Of a DNA stretch of 32,000 nucleotides, positions 18,024 to 25,544 are shown in pieces. Below the pieces are notes generated by a model. That model ran no database searches. It saw only the letters and a program-made list of their open reading frames with translations, and was not told the DNA's origin. Numbering within the stretch: the stretch's first letter is position 1; each line of letters opens with the position of its first letter. This DNA is from an uncultured Alphaproteobacteria bacterium. GTDB lineage: Bacteria > Pseudomonadota > Alphaproteobacteria > Rs-D84. Both the position numbers and the translations under genes were made by a program. The stretch is from assembly GCA_963931495.1 (NCBI GenBank), contig OZ007020.1:390001-422000 (forward strand), written 5' to 3'.

Positions 18024-18575
18024 ATGTCACGTGCAGGAAAACATCCAGTAAAATTGACCCAAGGCGTTACAGCGGCAATCGCAGATGGCGTCTTGACAGT
18101 CAAGGGACCAAAAGGTGAAATAAAATTACCGTTGGATACAAAGCATGCCGGACTGGTTGATGTCGTAATTGAATCGGACCAAGTTGTTGTTACACCAAAA
18201 GATGCCGAAGATAAAACATCGCGGGCAATGTGGGGTACAATGACGCGTAATGTTCGGGCGGCGGTTATCGGGGTTACAGACGGATTTTCAAAAGAAATGT
18301 ACATGAATGGTGTCGGATATAAAGCATCAGTCAGTGGTAATAAATTAGTTCTGGGGGCGGGATATTCGCATGACGTCGTTATGGAAATCCCAGATGGACT
18401 GACCGTAAAAATGGGTGACAAGCCAACAGAATTTATAATCAGTGGTTCTGACAAGTGCTTGGTCGGACAATTTGCAGATAAAGTGCATAAAGTTCGTAAA
18501 CCAGATCCGTATAAAGGAAAAGGTATTTTCTATAAGGGCGAAAGAATTCGTCGCAAAGAAGGTAAAAAGAAATAA
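18024..18575 (+). CDS. rplF: 50S ribosomal protein L6
   Basis: MSRAGKHPVKLTQGVT...VKGPKGEI...GVGYKA...KPDPYKGKGIFYKGERIRRKEGKK. Confidence 0.97.
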   Translation: MSRAGKHPVKLTQGVTAAIADGVLTVKGPKGEIKLPLDTKHAGLVDVVIESDQVVVTPKDAEDKTSRAMWGTMTRNVRAAVIGVTDGFSKEMYMNGVGYKASVSGNKLVLGAGYSHDVVMEIPDGLTVKMGDKPTEFIISGSDKCLVGQFADKVHKVRKPDPYKGKGIFYKGERIRRKEGKKK

Positions 18576-18589
18576 TAAATAATGGCACG

Positions 18590-18607
18590 TTCCCGCTGTT
18601 ACGGGAA
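18590..18607 (+). repeat. Intergenic hairpin TTCCCG-CTGTTA-CGGGAA, copy 2 (19 nt before the rplR ATG)
   Basis: Identical stem-loop to 16616-16633, again followed by an AAGGAA SD and the start codon. Confidence 0.7.
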
Positions 18608-18626
18608 TTGGAAAAAAGGAAACAAA

Positions 18627-18983
18627 ATGTTAAAACATTTATCTACGGAAGAAAGACGTACATTGAAAATTCGCGGTGCGTTAAAAAGAAAAAATCCGGG
18701 CAAAATCCGTTTGTCGGTTTTCCGTTCCGGACGTCATATTGAAATTCAGGCAATTGACGATGTCAAAGGACATACAATCTGTTCGGCATCATCCAAAGAA
18801 AAGAATTTCAAAGGCAAGGGTTGGAATGTCGCAGGGGCTGAAATGGTCGGTAAAGCATTCGCAGAACGCGCTGTAAAAGCGAAAATCGCGGATAATTGCT
18901 ATTTTGATCGTGGTGGTTACCGTTATCATGGTCGTGTAAAAGCACTGTGCGAAGCAATCCGCGCGGGTGGTATTAGAATATAA
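18627..18983 (+). CDS. rplR: 50S ribosomal protein L18
   Basis: From the internal ATG the product is MLKHLSTEERRTLKIRGALKR...RLSVFRSGRHIEIQAIDD...FDRGGYRYHGRVKALCEAIRAGG. An AAGGAA SD is present. The track start at 18582 would read through the hairpin. Confidence 0.94.
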   Translation: MLKHLSTEERRTLKIRGALKRKNPGKIRLSVFRSGRHIEIQAIDDVKGHTICSASSKEKNFKGKGWNVAGAEMVGKAFAERAVKAKIADNCYFDRGGYRYHGRVKALCEAIRAGGIRI

Positions 18984-19000
18984 AGTAACGGAGTTTTATA

Positions 19001-19561
19001 ATGGCACGTTTTGATGATAAGAAATTACAAACGGATAATTTAGTAGATAAACTGGTTTCTATTAACCGGGTGTCTAAGACTGTTAAGGGCGGACGCAACA
19101 TGTCCTTTGCGGCATTGGTCGTCGTTGGTGATAAAGCAGGGCGCGTCGGTTTTGGTAAAGGCAAGGCGTTGGAAGTACAAAGTGCAGTGCAAAAAGCAAC
19201 CAAGGCAGCCAAGGCAAAAATGATACGGGTTCCGTTGAAAGAAGGGCGCACGTTGCATCATGATATTTCTGCAAAATATGGCGCAAGTAAATTGGTGGTG
19301 CGCAGTGCGGTTCCAGGTACGGGTATTATCGCCGGTGGCGCGTTGCGTGCAGTATTTGAATGTCTGGGGGTCCAGGACGTTGTTGTAAAGTCCCAGGGTT
19401 CTAATACACCAAATAATATGATTCGTGCAGTGTTTTCGGCGTTCAGCAAAATGAATTCACCAAAAACTGTTGCGGCGCGCCGTGGCAAAAGTGTTGCGGA
19501 AATTATCGCTGGCCGTGATGGTAAAAAACTGGACACCGCAGAAGCCACCGCAGAAAAATAA
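19001..19561 (+). CDS. rpsE: 30S ribosomal protein S5
   Basis: ...[49 protein letters not shown]...[29 protein letters not shown]. Confidence 0.98.
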
Positions 19562-19599
19562 TCAACGGGCATTACGCCAATAAATAACGGAGATTAATT

Positions 19600-19779
19600 A
19601 TGGCAAAAATTACAGTAAAACAGGTGAAAAGTATTATTGGCCGCCCAACAGCACAACGCAAGATTATTGCTGCGCTGGGGTTGGGACGTATCGGAAAGTG
19701 CAAAGAACATGAAGATACCCCGGCGGTTCGTGGCATGGTTGCCAAGGTTTCACACCTGGTTGAAGTTGTGGAAAAATAA
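19600..19779 (+). CDS. rpmD: 50S ribosomal protein L30 (59 aa; below the ORF-track size cut-off)
   Basis: Read manually: MAKITVKQVKSIIGRPTAQRKIIAALGLGRIGKCKEHEDTPAVRGMVAKVSHLVEVVEK*. It matches the L30 pattern (I.V.Q.KS.IG....QR..L..LGL.RI......D.P..RGM...V.HLV.V). A GGAG SD is present, and the position between rpsE and rplO is the expected one. Confidence 0.92.
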   Translation: MAKITVKQVKSIIGRPTAQRKIIAALGLGRIGKCKEHEDTPAVRGMVAKVSHLVEVVEK

Positions 19780-19860
19780 ATTTGTTAAACCGAGTATGTC
19801 AGATTTGGCATGCGACAAAGAACTGGGTTACAATAGTTCGCAGGATAAAAAGGAAAAAAT

Positions 19861-20319
19861 ATGAAACTGAATGCATTAATGGATAATTTCGGCGCACGCG
19901 CAAATGCAAAGCGTGTCGGACGTGGTATCGGTTCAGGTATGGGTAAAACATCTGGACGTGGTAACAAAGGACAAAAAGCACGCAGCGGTTCACGTAAACA
20001 GGCGACATTCCAAGGTGGACAGATGCCGATTTTGCGTCGCTTTCCAAAATTTGGGTTCAATAATCCGTTTGCAAAAGAATATGTGACAATCAACTTGGGC
20101 GATATTGAAAAGTTTATTGCATCTGGGAAAATTGATCCAAAATCACCAATTACAATTGATTCTCTGTTGGGTGCAAAAATTATTAACCGCACAAAATCTG
20201 GGTTAAAGATTTTGGCCAAAGGCGAAATAAAGACATCTGTGAATATTATTGCCGATAAATGGTCCAAGGCGGCCGAAGAAGCAATTGTTAAAGCAGGTGG
20301 AACAATTAAAAATAAATAA
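19861..20319 (+). CDS. rplO: 50S ribosomal protein L15
   Basis: MKLNALMDNFGARANAKRVGRGIGSGMGKTSGRGNKGQKARSG....FQGGQMPILRR.PK.GF. Confidence 0.97.
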   Translation: MKLNALMDNFGARANAKRVGRGIGSGMGKTSGRGNKGQKARSGSRKQATFQGGQMPILRRFPKFGFNNPFAKEYVTINLGDIEKFIASGKIDPKSPITIDSLLGAKIINRTKSGLKILAKGEIKTSVNIIADKWSKAAEEAIVKAGGTIKNK

Positions 20320-20382
20320 TTTAATGTGTTTGCACCTGGGGGAAAAACTGGGTGCAAACAAATAATTGAAAAGTCGTATCGC

Positions 20383-21699
20383 ATGAAATTTTTGAGAGAA
20401 TTTTTTGGAAGTATGTCCGATTTGCAAAAGCGCATATTGTTTACGCTGGGTGCGCTGGTTGTATATCGTATCGGTTCTTTTATTCCATTGCCGGGGGTAA
20501 ATGCGTCTGCGGTGTTACATCTGTTTTCTGGCGAAGGCAGTGGCATGATGGGAATGTTTGATATGTTCGCCGGCGGTTCTTTGTCGCGTATGTCGGTGTT
20601 GGCATTGAACATTTTCCCGTATATTTCTGCATCTATCGTGTTACAACTGTTAACAGCGACCAGCAAATCTTTAAGTGAACTGCGTAAAGAGGGCGAATCT
20701 GGGCGTATCAAAATCAATCAGTATACCCGTTATTTAGCGGTGTTCTTGGCAATTATTCAAGGATGGGCCGTTGTTCGTGGACTGGAAGTGATGGCGCCTG
20801 TTAATGGGGTGCCGGCTGTTGTTAATCCGGGATTTGCATTTGAACTGTCGGCGATTATTGCGCTGGTTGGTGGTACGGTATTTGTAATGTGGTTGGCCGA
20901 ACAAATCACAGCACGTGGCATTGGCCAGGGGGCGTCTTTATTGATTTTTGCCGGTATTATTGCCGAAGTGCCAAGTGGAATCGCGCAACTGGTTTCACTG
21001 GGGTCGGTTGGCCAGATTTCACCAGCAATGATTGCGTTAATTGTGGCATTCGTTATCGGAATTATCGCGCTGATTGCGTTCTTTGAACAGGCACAGCGGC
21101 GTATACAGATTTTGTATCCGCGTCAAGTTATGGCGAACGGGGTCGTTAATACAAATGCGTCTTATTTGCCAATCAAGGTCAATATGTCGGGCGTTATGGG
21201 ACCGGTATTTGCCGCAAGTATAATGATGCTGCCGGCATTTGTGCAGCGTTTTGTACAAAGTGAAAATCCGATTGTTCAGTCAATTATGGGATTCTTTACG
21301 TATGGTACGTGGTCGTACATCATTACATATACGATATTAATCGCGTTCTTTGCGTATTTCCAGACAGCGGTTATATTTAATTCCGAAGAAACGGCAAACA
21401 ACCTGAAAAATGCGGGTGGATATATCCCGGGCGTTCGTCCAGGTGAACAAACAATGCATTATTTAGATTCTGTTGTTTCGCGTACAACGGCAATTGGTGT
21501 TTTGTACTTGATCGTCGTTTGCGTTGTGCCGATTATTCTGAATTCGCATGCAGGTATGCCATTGGCAATCGGCGGTACCAGTGTGTTAATCGTTGCGGGG
21601 GTTGTACTGGATACCATGAATCAAGTTCAATCGTATCTGGTCGCAAAGCAATATAAAAGTGTTATTAAAAAGGCACAAAAAAAAGGACGGTTCCGTTAA
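20383..21699 (+). CDS. secY: Preprotein translocase subunit SecY
   Basis: ...DLQKRILFTLGALVVYRIGSFIPLPGVN... with about 10 hydrophobic segments and ...NLKNAGGYIPGVRPGEQT..YL. I prefer the start at 20383 (MKFLREFF...). The starts at 20326 and 20413 are not excluded. Confidence 0.93.
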   Translation: MKFLREFFGSMSDLQKRILFTLGALVVYRIGSFIPLPGVNASAVLHLFSGEGSGMMGMFDMFAGGSLSRMSVLALNIFPYISASIVLQLLTATSKSLSELRKEGESGRIKINQYTRYLAVFLAIIQGWAVVRGLEVMAPVNGVPAVVNPGFAFELSAIIALVGGTVFVMWLAEQITARGIGQGASLLIFAGIIAEVPSGIAQLVSLGSVGQISPAMIALIVAFVIGIIALIAFFEQAQRRIQILYPRQVMANGVVNTNASYLPIKVNMSGVMGPVFAASIMMLPAFVQRFVQSENPIVQSIMGFFTYGTWSYIITYTILIAFFAYFQTAVIFNSEETANNLKNAGGYIPGVRPGEQTMHYLDSVVSRTTAIGVLYLIVVCVVPIILNSHAGMPLAIGGTSVLIVAGVVLDTMNQVQSYLVAKQYKSVIKKAQKKGRFR

Positions 21700-21726
21700 T
21701 ATGATTTAATGAAATCGTAATAAAAT

Positions 21727-21754
21727 TTGACTTTTGCCACATTTTTTATAAAAT
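21727..21754 (+). promoter_or_regulatory. Promoter upstream of rpsM
   Basis: TTGACT (21727-21732), 16-nt spacer, TAAAAT (21749-21754). The module TTTGACTTTTGC...TATAAAATT recurs at the rpoA promoter. Confidence 0.55.
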
Positions 21755-21819
21755 TATGCGGCGAGATAAAGTAAATAGGGCGCGTCGCGCGTCACGTAAC
21801 ATAAAAAGGAAAATAAAAA

Positions 21820-22197
21820 ATGGCACGTATAGCGGGGGTTAACATTCCGACAGAAAAGCGTATTGAAATCGCATTGCAATACATTCATGGTATTGGTCCG
21901 GCAAAGTCTGCACAGATTTGCAAGGCCTTGAAATTAAAAGATGGATTGCGCGCAAAAGATTTGACTGACGAGGATGTTGTTAAAATTTCAAGTTATATTG
22001 AACAAAACTTTAAGGTAGAAGGTGATGTTCGTCGTGAAGTGGCGATGAATATTAAACGTCTGCAAGATTTGAAAACATACCGTGGAATTCGTCATCGTAA
22101 CCGCTTGCCGGTGCGTGGGCAACGGACGCAAACAAATGCACGTACACGCAAAGGTAAACGCGTCGTTGTCGCGGGTTCCGCAGTAAAGGGTAAGTAA
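21820..22197 (+). CDS. rpsM: 30S ribosomal protein S13
   Basis: [34 protein letters not shown]...[26 protein letters not shown]. Confidence 0.98.
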
Positions 22198-22262
22198 ATA
22201 TATCCAATGGGTAGAGATTAACACCATAGTTAATTGAAGACATCTGATAAAGGGATAAAATA

Positions 22263-22646
22263 ATGGCAGTAACAAAAGCAAAAAAGAAAGTTGTTAAAAA
22301 AGTATCGCATGGCATCGCGCATGTTGTTGCGACAAATAATAATACACGTATCACCATCACTGATCAATCAGGGGCGGTGTTGACATGGGCAACCGCTGGG
22401 GCAAATAATTTCAAGGGCGCAAAGAAATCTACGCCGTATGCCGCAACAGTTGTCGCAGATGCAGTTGGTAAGAAAGTCGCAGAAATGGGCATGAAAACAG
22501 TTGATGTGTTAATGCGTGGTATTGGCCAGGGGCGTGAATCTGCGGTGCGCGGTTTGGCAAATGCCGGATTGATTGTTCAATCTATTACGGATACAACCCG
22601 TATTCCACACAATGGTTGCCGTCCGAAAAAAGTACGTCGTGTATAA
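22263..22646 (+). CDS. rpsK: 30S ribosomal protein S11
   Basis: ...GIAHVVATNNNTRITITDQSGAVLTWATAG...FKGAKKSTPYAA......GIGQGRESAVRGL...GL.V.SI.D.T.IPHNGCRP.K.RRV. Confidence 0.98.
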   Translation: MAVTKAKKKVVKKVSHGIAHVVATNNNTRITITDQSGAVLTWATAGANNFKGAKKSTPYAATVVADAVGKKVAEMGMKTVDVLMRGIGQGRESAVRGLANAGLIVQSITDTTRIPHNGCRPKKVRRV

Positions 22647-22780
22647 AATATAATAATATATCTACTCGCGGTGGTGGGCGTGTATGTTCTGGTGATACAT
22701 TTCGCAACCCCCACTGTGTGTATCTGTATCATTTTGTTTAATTTTCAAATCGGTAATAATCTTGATGTTAAAATAAAAAA

Positions 22781-22803
22781 ATCCGCGGATGCGGATTTTT
22801 TTT
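22781..22803. terminator. Bidirectional intrinsic terminator (rpsK from the left, antisense ORF from the right)
   Basis: AAAAAAATCCGC-GGAT-GCGGATTTTTTTT, with an A-run and a T-run flanking a 6-bp GC-rich stem. Confidence 0.7.
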
Positions 22804-22804
22804 A

Positions 22805-23197
22805 TTATCGTTTGCATGTGCCGCAGCGCGGATTAGGTGACGGGACATAGCGACGGGTTGTATATGTTCCGGCCGGTTTGTATGTGATGACCGGTTCGTA
22901 CACTTGGTAATGGTCAATTACTTCGGTATATGTTTTTACGCGAATAGGTGCCGGCTTGGCAGGTGTGTGCTTTTTACAGCCGCACCGGCGGCCAACGTCC
23001 ATAGAAGATGCCGCACGGCATGGGTTTGTATTACGACAAGTTTGCGGAACATATGCATCGTCATAAACACGCACGGTGTCCACAGTTATACGTTCGCGAA
23101 TGGTTACAGTTTCTGTTTCGGCAATGCCGTCAGCATATGCACCACCAAACGCGATAAATATGCATGATAGTGCAAAAATCAATATGTTATGTTTCAT
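22805..23197 (-). CDS. Small secreted protein (130 aa), unknown function, antisense to the ribosomal cluster
   Basis: From the internal ATG at 23197 the signal peptide is MKHNILIFALSCIFIAFGGAYA|D. The mature part is rich in R, T, V, Y and P and has 6 Cys (CRNTNPC, CGC, C-terminal CGTC). An AAAGGA SD is present. It has its own terminator and a divergent promoter region. Confidence 0.6.
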   Translation of the reverse strand: MKHNILIFALSCIFIAFGGAYADGIAETETVTIRERITVDTVRVYDDAYVPQTCRNTNPCRAASSMDVGRRCGCKKHTPAKPAPIRVKTYTEVIDHYQVYEPVITYKPAGTYTTRRYVPSPNPRCGTCKR

Positions 23198-23222
23198 AAT
23201 TATCCTTTTGTTTCTTATATTC

Positions 23223-23251
23223 AGCCTAGGACAATATTTCTGTGTTGTCAA
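23223..23251 (-). promoter_or_regulatory. Candidate promoter for the antisense small ORF
   Basis: On the minus strand: TTGACA (23251-23246), 17-nt spacer, TAGGCT (23228-23223). Confidence 0.4.
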
Positions 23252-23297
23252 TTATTTTATGCCATTATTACAAATGGTCGGCATTATGAATAATTGT

Positions 23298-23326
23298 TTG
23301 ACTTTTGCGGATTTGTGGTATAAAAT
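23298..23326 (+). promoter_or_regulatory. Promoter upstream of rpoA
   Basis: TTGACT (23298-23303), 17-nt spacer, TAAAAT (23321-23326). It shares TTTGACTTTTGC and TATAAAATT with the rpsM promoter. Confidence 0.55.
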
Positions 23327-23401
23327 TCGCGGGCGTGTATGGGAATTCTGTGCACCAGCCGATTGGCGAAAATGATAAACTAAGCCGAATGGAGGATTTA
23401 T

Positions 23402-24430
23402 ATGATTGAAAAAAACTGGGGCACGTTGATTAAGCCCAAAAAACTGAAAATAACAGTTGATGAAAACAACCCTAATCAAGCGAAATTGGTCGCCGAACCG
23501 TTGGAAAAAGGTTTCGGATTAACACTGGGGACGGCGTTGCGTCGGGTATTGCTGTCGTCGTTACAGGGGTGTGCGCCGATTTATATTAAAATTGATGGGG
23601 TCCAGCATGAATTTTCCAGTCTGTCTGGTGTTCGTGAAGATGTGACGGATATTGTATTGAACTTAAAAGGTGTGTATTTCAAGGCTTTGACCGAAGGTCA
23701 ACACAAGGCAACATTAAAGGTCAAGGGTCCCGCCGTTGTTACCGCTGGCATGATTGAAACGTCGGGTGGCGTGGAAGTTATGAATAAAGATGCAGAAATT
23801 TGCACATTGGATGATGGGGCAAATTTAGATATGGAAATCACATTGAGCACAGGTCGCGGATATGTGCCGGCGTCTGCACATGCAGAAGATTTGCCGTTGG
23901 GCGTTATCCCAGTTGATTCAATTTTTTCACCAATTTTGAATGTGGCAACCGAAGTGTCGGAAACGCGTGTTGGACAGAGTACTGATTATGATAAATTGGA
24001 AATGACAGTCAAAACAAATGGTTCTGTATCACCCGAAGATGCAATTGCGTTGGCGGCCCGTATTTTGACAGACCAATTGGTTGTCTTTATTAACTTTGAA
24101 GATCCAGCGCAAATTAATGCACCGACCGAAGAAGAAAAGGCCAAGGATGCATTGCCATTTGATCCAAAATTATTAAAGCATGTTGATGAACTGGAATTGT
24201 CGGTTCGTGCAAATAATTGCTTAAAGAACGACAAGATTAACTGGTTGGGCGAACTGGTTCAAAAGACCGAAGCGGATATGTTGAAAACACCGAACTTTGG
24301 TCGTAAATCTTTGAACGAAATAAAAGTTCAACTGGAAGCAATGGGGTTAAGTTTGGGAATGGATGTCCCAGGTTGGCCACCGGAAAATATTGCGGAATTG
24401 GCCAAAAAGTACGAAGACCCGTACAAGTAA
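23402..24430 (+). CDS. rpoA: DNA-directed RNA polymerase subunit alpha
   Basis: 342 aa, ...[27 protein letters not shown]...; the C-terminal domain reads ...[54 protein letters not shown] is present. Confidence 0.98.
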
Positions 24431-24511
24431 TTTAGGTTCATTTGGGGGCGCCGTCGTTCACCGTTAATACAATGGTGAACGGTGGTTGCTGCCCAGGTGT
24501 GATTTAATTGC

Positions 24512-24539
24512 TTTACAAATGCCATGATTGTGTTAGAAT
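24512..24539 (+). promoter_or_regulatory. Candidate internal promoter for rplQ
   Basis: TTTACA (24512-24517), 16-nt spacer, TAGAAT (24534-24539), lying inside the 200-nt rpoA-rplQ spacer. The -10 overlaps the 9-bp hairpin GCCATGATT/AATCATGGC. Confidence 0.45.
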
Positions 24540-24630
24540 CATGGCGAAAAAAATCCGTATAACTGAAAGAAATTCCAGGATGCGGTGCGTAAATTAATCC
24601 CCGCGCGGGGCAGAAACAAAGGATGATAAA

Positions 24631-25170
24631 ATGAGACATATGAAATCAGGTCGCACTTTTAATCGCGATACTAATGCACGCAAGGCCATGTTTATTGGGC
24701 TGGCGAAGAATTTGATTGAAAAAGAACAAATTAAAACGACTTTGCCAAAGGCCAAAGATTTGCGTGGTGTTGTTGAAAAATTAATTACCCGCGCAAAGAC
24801 AGATACGGTTGCAAATCGTCGTTTGGTTGCCAGTGAATTGGGCAACAGTTCGGCGGAAACTGTGAAAAAATTGTTTACAGTATTGGGACCGCGCTATGCA
24901 AAACGGCCGGGTGGTTATACCCGTGTGTTAAAGGCTGGATTCCGATATGGTGATGCGGCGCCAATGGCAATTATTGAATTGGTTGACCGTGATGAAAATG
25001 CGAAAAAAGTTGTAAAACCAGCGGCAGAAAAACAGGAAAAGACAACTGAAAAAGTTGCAGACACAGCCGAGAAAAAAGAAAAAGCGCCACGCGCGAAGAA
25101 AGCGGCCGCGGCAGATGCAGAAACAACAGAAAAAAAGCCGGCAAAACGTCGCACAGCAGCCAAAAAATAA
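24631..25170 (+). CDS. rplQ: 50S ribosomal protein L17 (with K/A/E-rich C-terminal extension)
   Basis: [56 protein letters not shown]...[17 protein letters not shown] is canonical L17. The tail is ...[51 protein letters not shown]. Confidence 0.97.
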
Positions 25171-25195
25171 TTGGTGCATTAATGTAAAAGAAAAG

Positions 25196-25219
25196 CACCC
25201 CGCACAGGGGTGTTTTTTA
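25196..25219 (+). terminator. Intrinsic terminator after rplQ
   Basis: CACCCC-GCACA-GGGGTG followed by TTTTTTAT. Confidence 0.75.
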
Positions 25220-25309
25220 TTGCGCGGTATATGATTTGATACGATGCAAGGTGTTCTGGCATTAGGATTTAAGAACCAATTGAGTGCGTATGGATTTTTA
25301 TGCTAAAAA

Positions 25310-25418
25310 ATTCCAACCGATTCGGTTGGAGTATGGCGAATATGTTGAATAAACCATGCAATTCACTTCAATTGTTATTAAACTGCAACCACCTGTTTTG
25401 GGTGGTGTTTGTTTTTTG
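25310..25418 (+). ncRNA. Unclassified structured RNA, copy C (5'-truncated, no downstream ORF)
   Basis: Elements in order:
- hairpin TTCCAACC-GATTC-GGTTGGAG (25311-25331)
- GCGAATATGTTGAATAAAC
- hairpin CAATT-CACTTC-AATTG
- CTGCAACCACC (25383-25393)
- terminator ACCACC-TGTTTTG-GGTGGT followed by GTTTGTTTTTT

A possible -10, TATGCT, lies at 25299-25304. Confidence 0.45.
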
Positions 25419-25544
25419 CACAAGGTGGTGAATAATAAGAAAATTTATCGTTAATTTATATTGTCCGCAAAAAATGTAAAAAGAAATATAAATTGGGACA
25501 GGCGCAATACGTGGGATTATAAAAATTCTGTACAATAAATAAAC

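Noticed and set aside
19785-20717. 310-aa ORF on the minus strand, one of the longest in the track
   Set aside because: It lies entirely antisense to rplO and the 5' part of secY, both of which have unambiguous conserved sequences. It has no SD and a low-complexity, Pro/Ile/Phe-rich composition typical of a shadow ORF.
22647-22780. Possible RNA or repeat in the rpsK 3' region (cgcggtggtgggcgtg...cccccactgtgtg)
   Set aside because: I found only weak, imperfect complementarity, with no repeat elsewhere in the window and no promoter or terminator pair of its own. That is insufficient evidence.
24543-24599. Mini-ORF MAKKIRITERNSRMRCVN in the rpoA-rplQ spacer as a possible relocated rpmJ (L36)
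   Set aside because: It has only 18 codons, lacks the L36 Cys/His zinc-ribbon pattern and the conserved KVR.SVK start, and has no SD.
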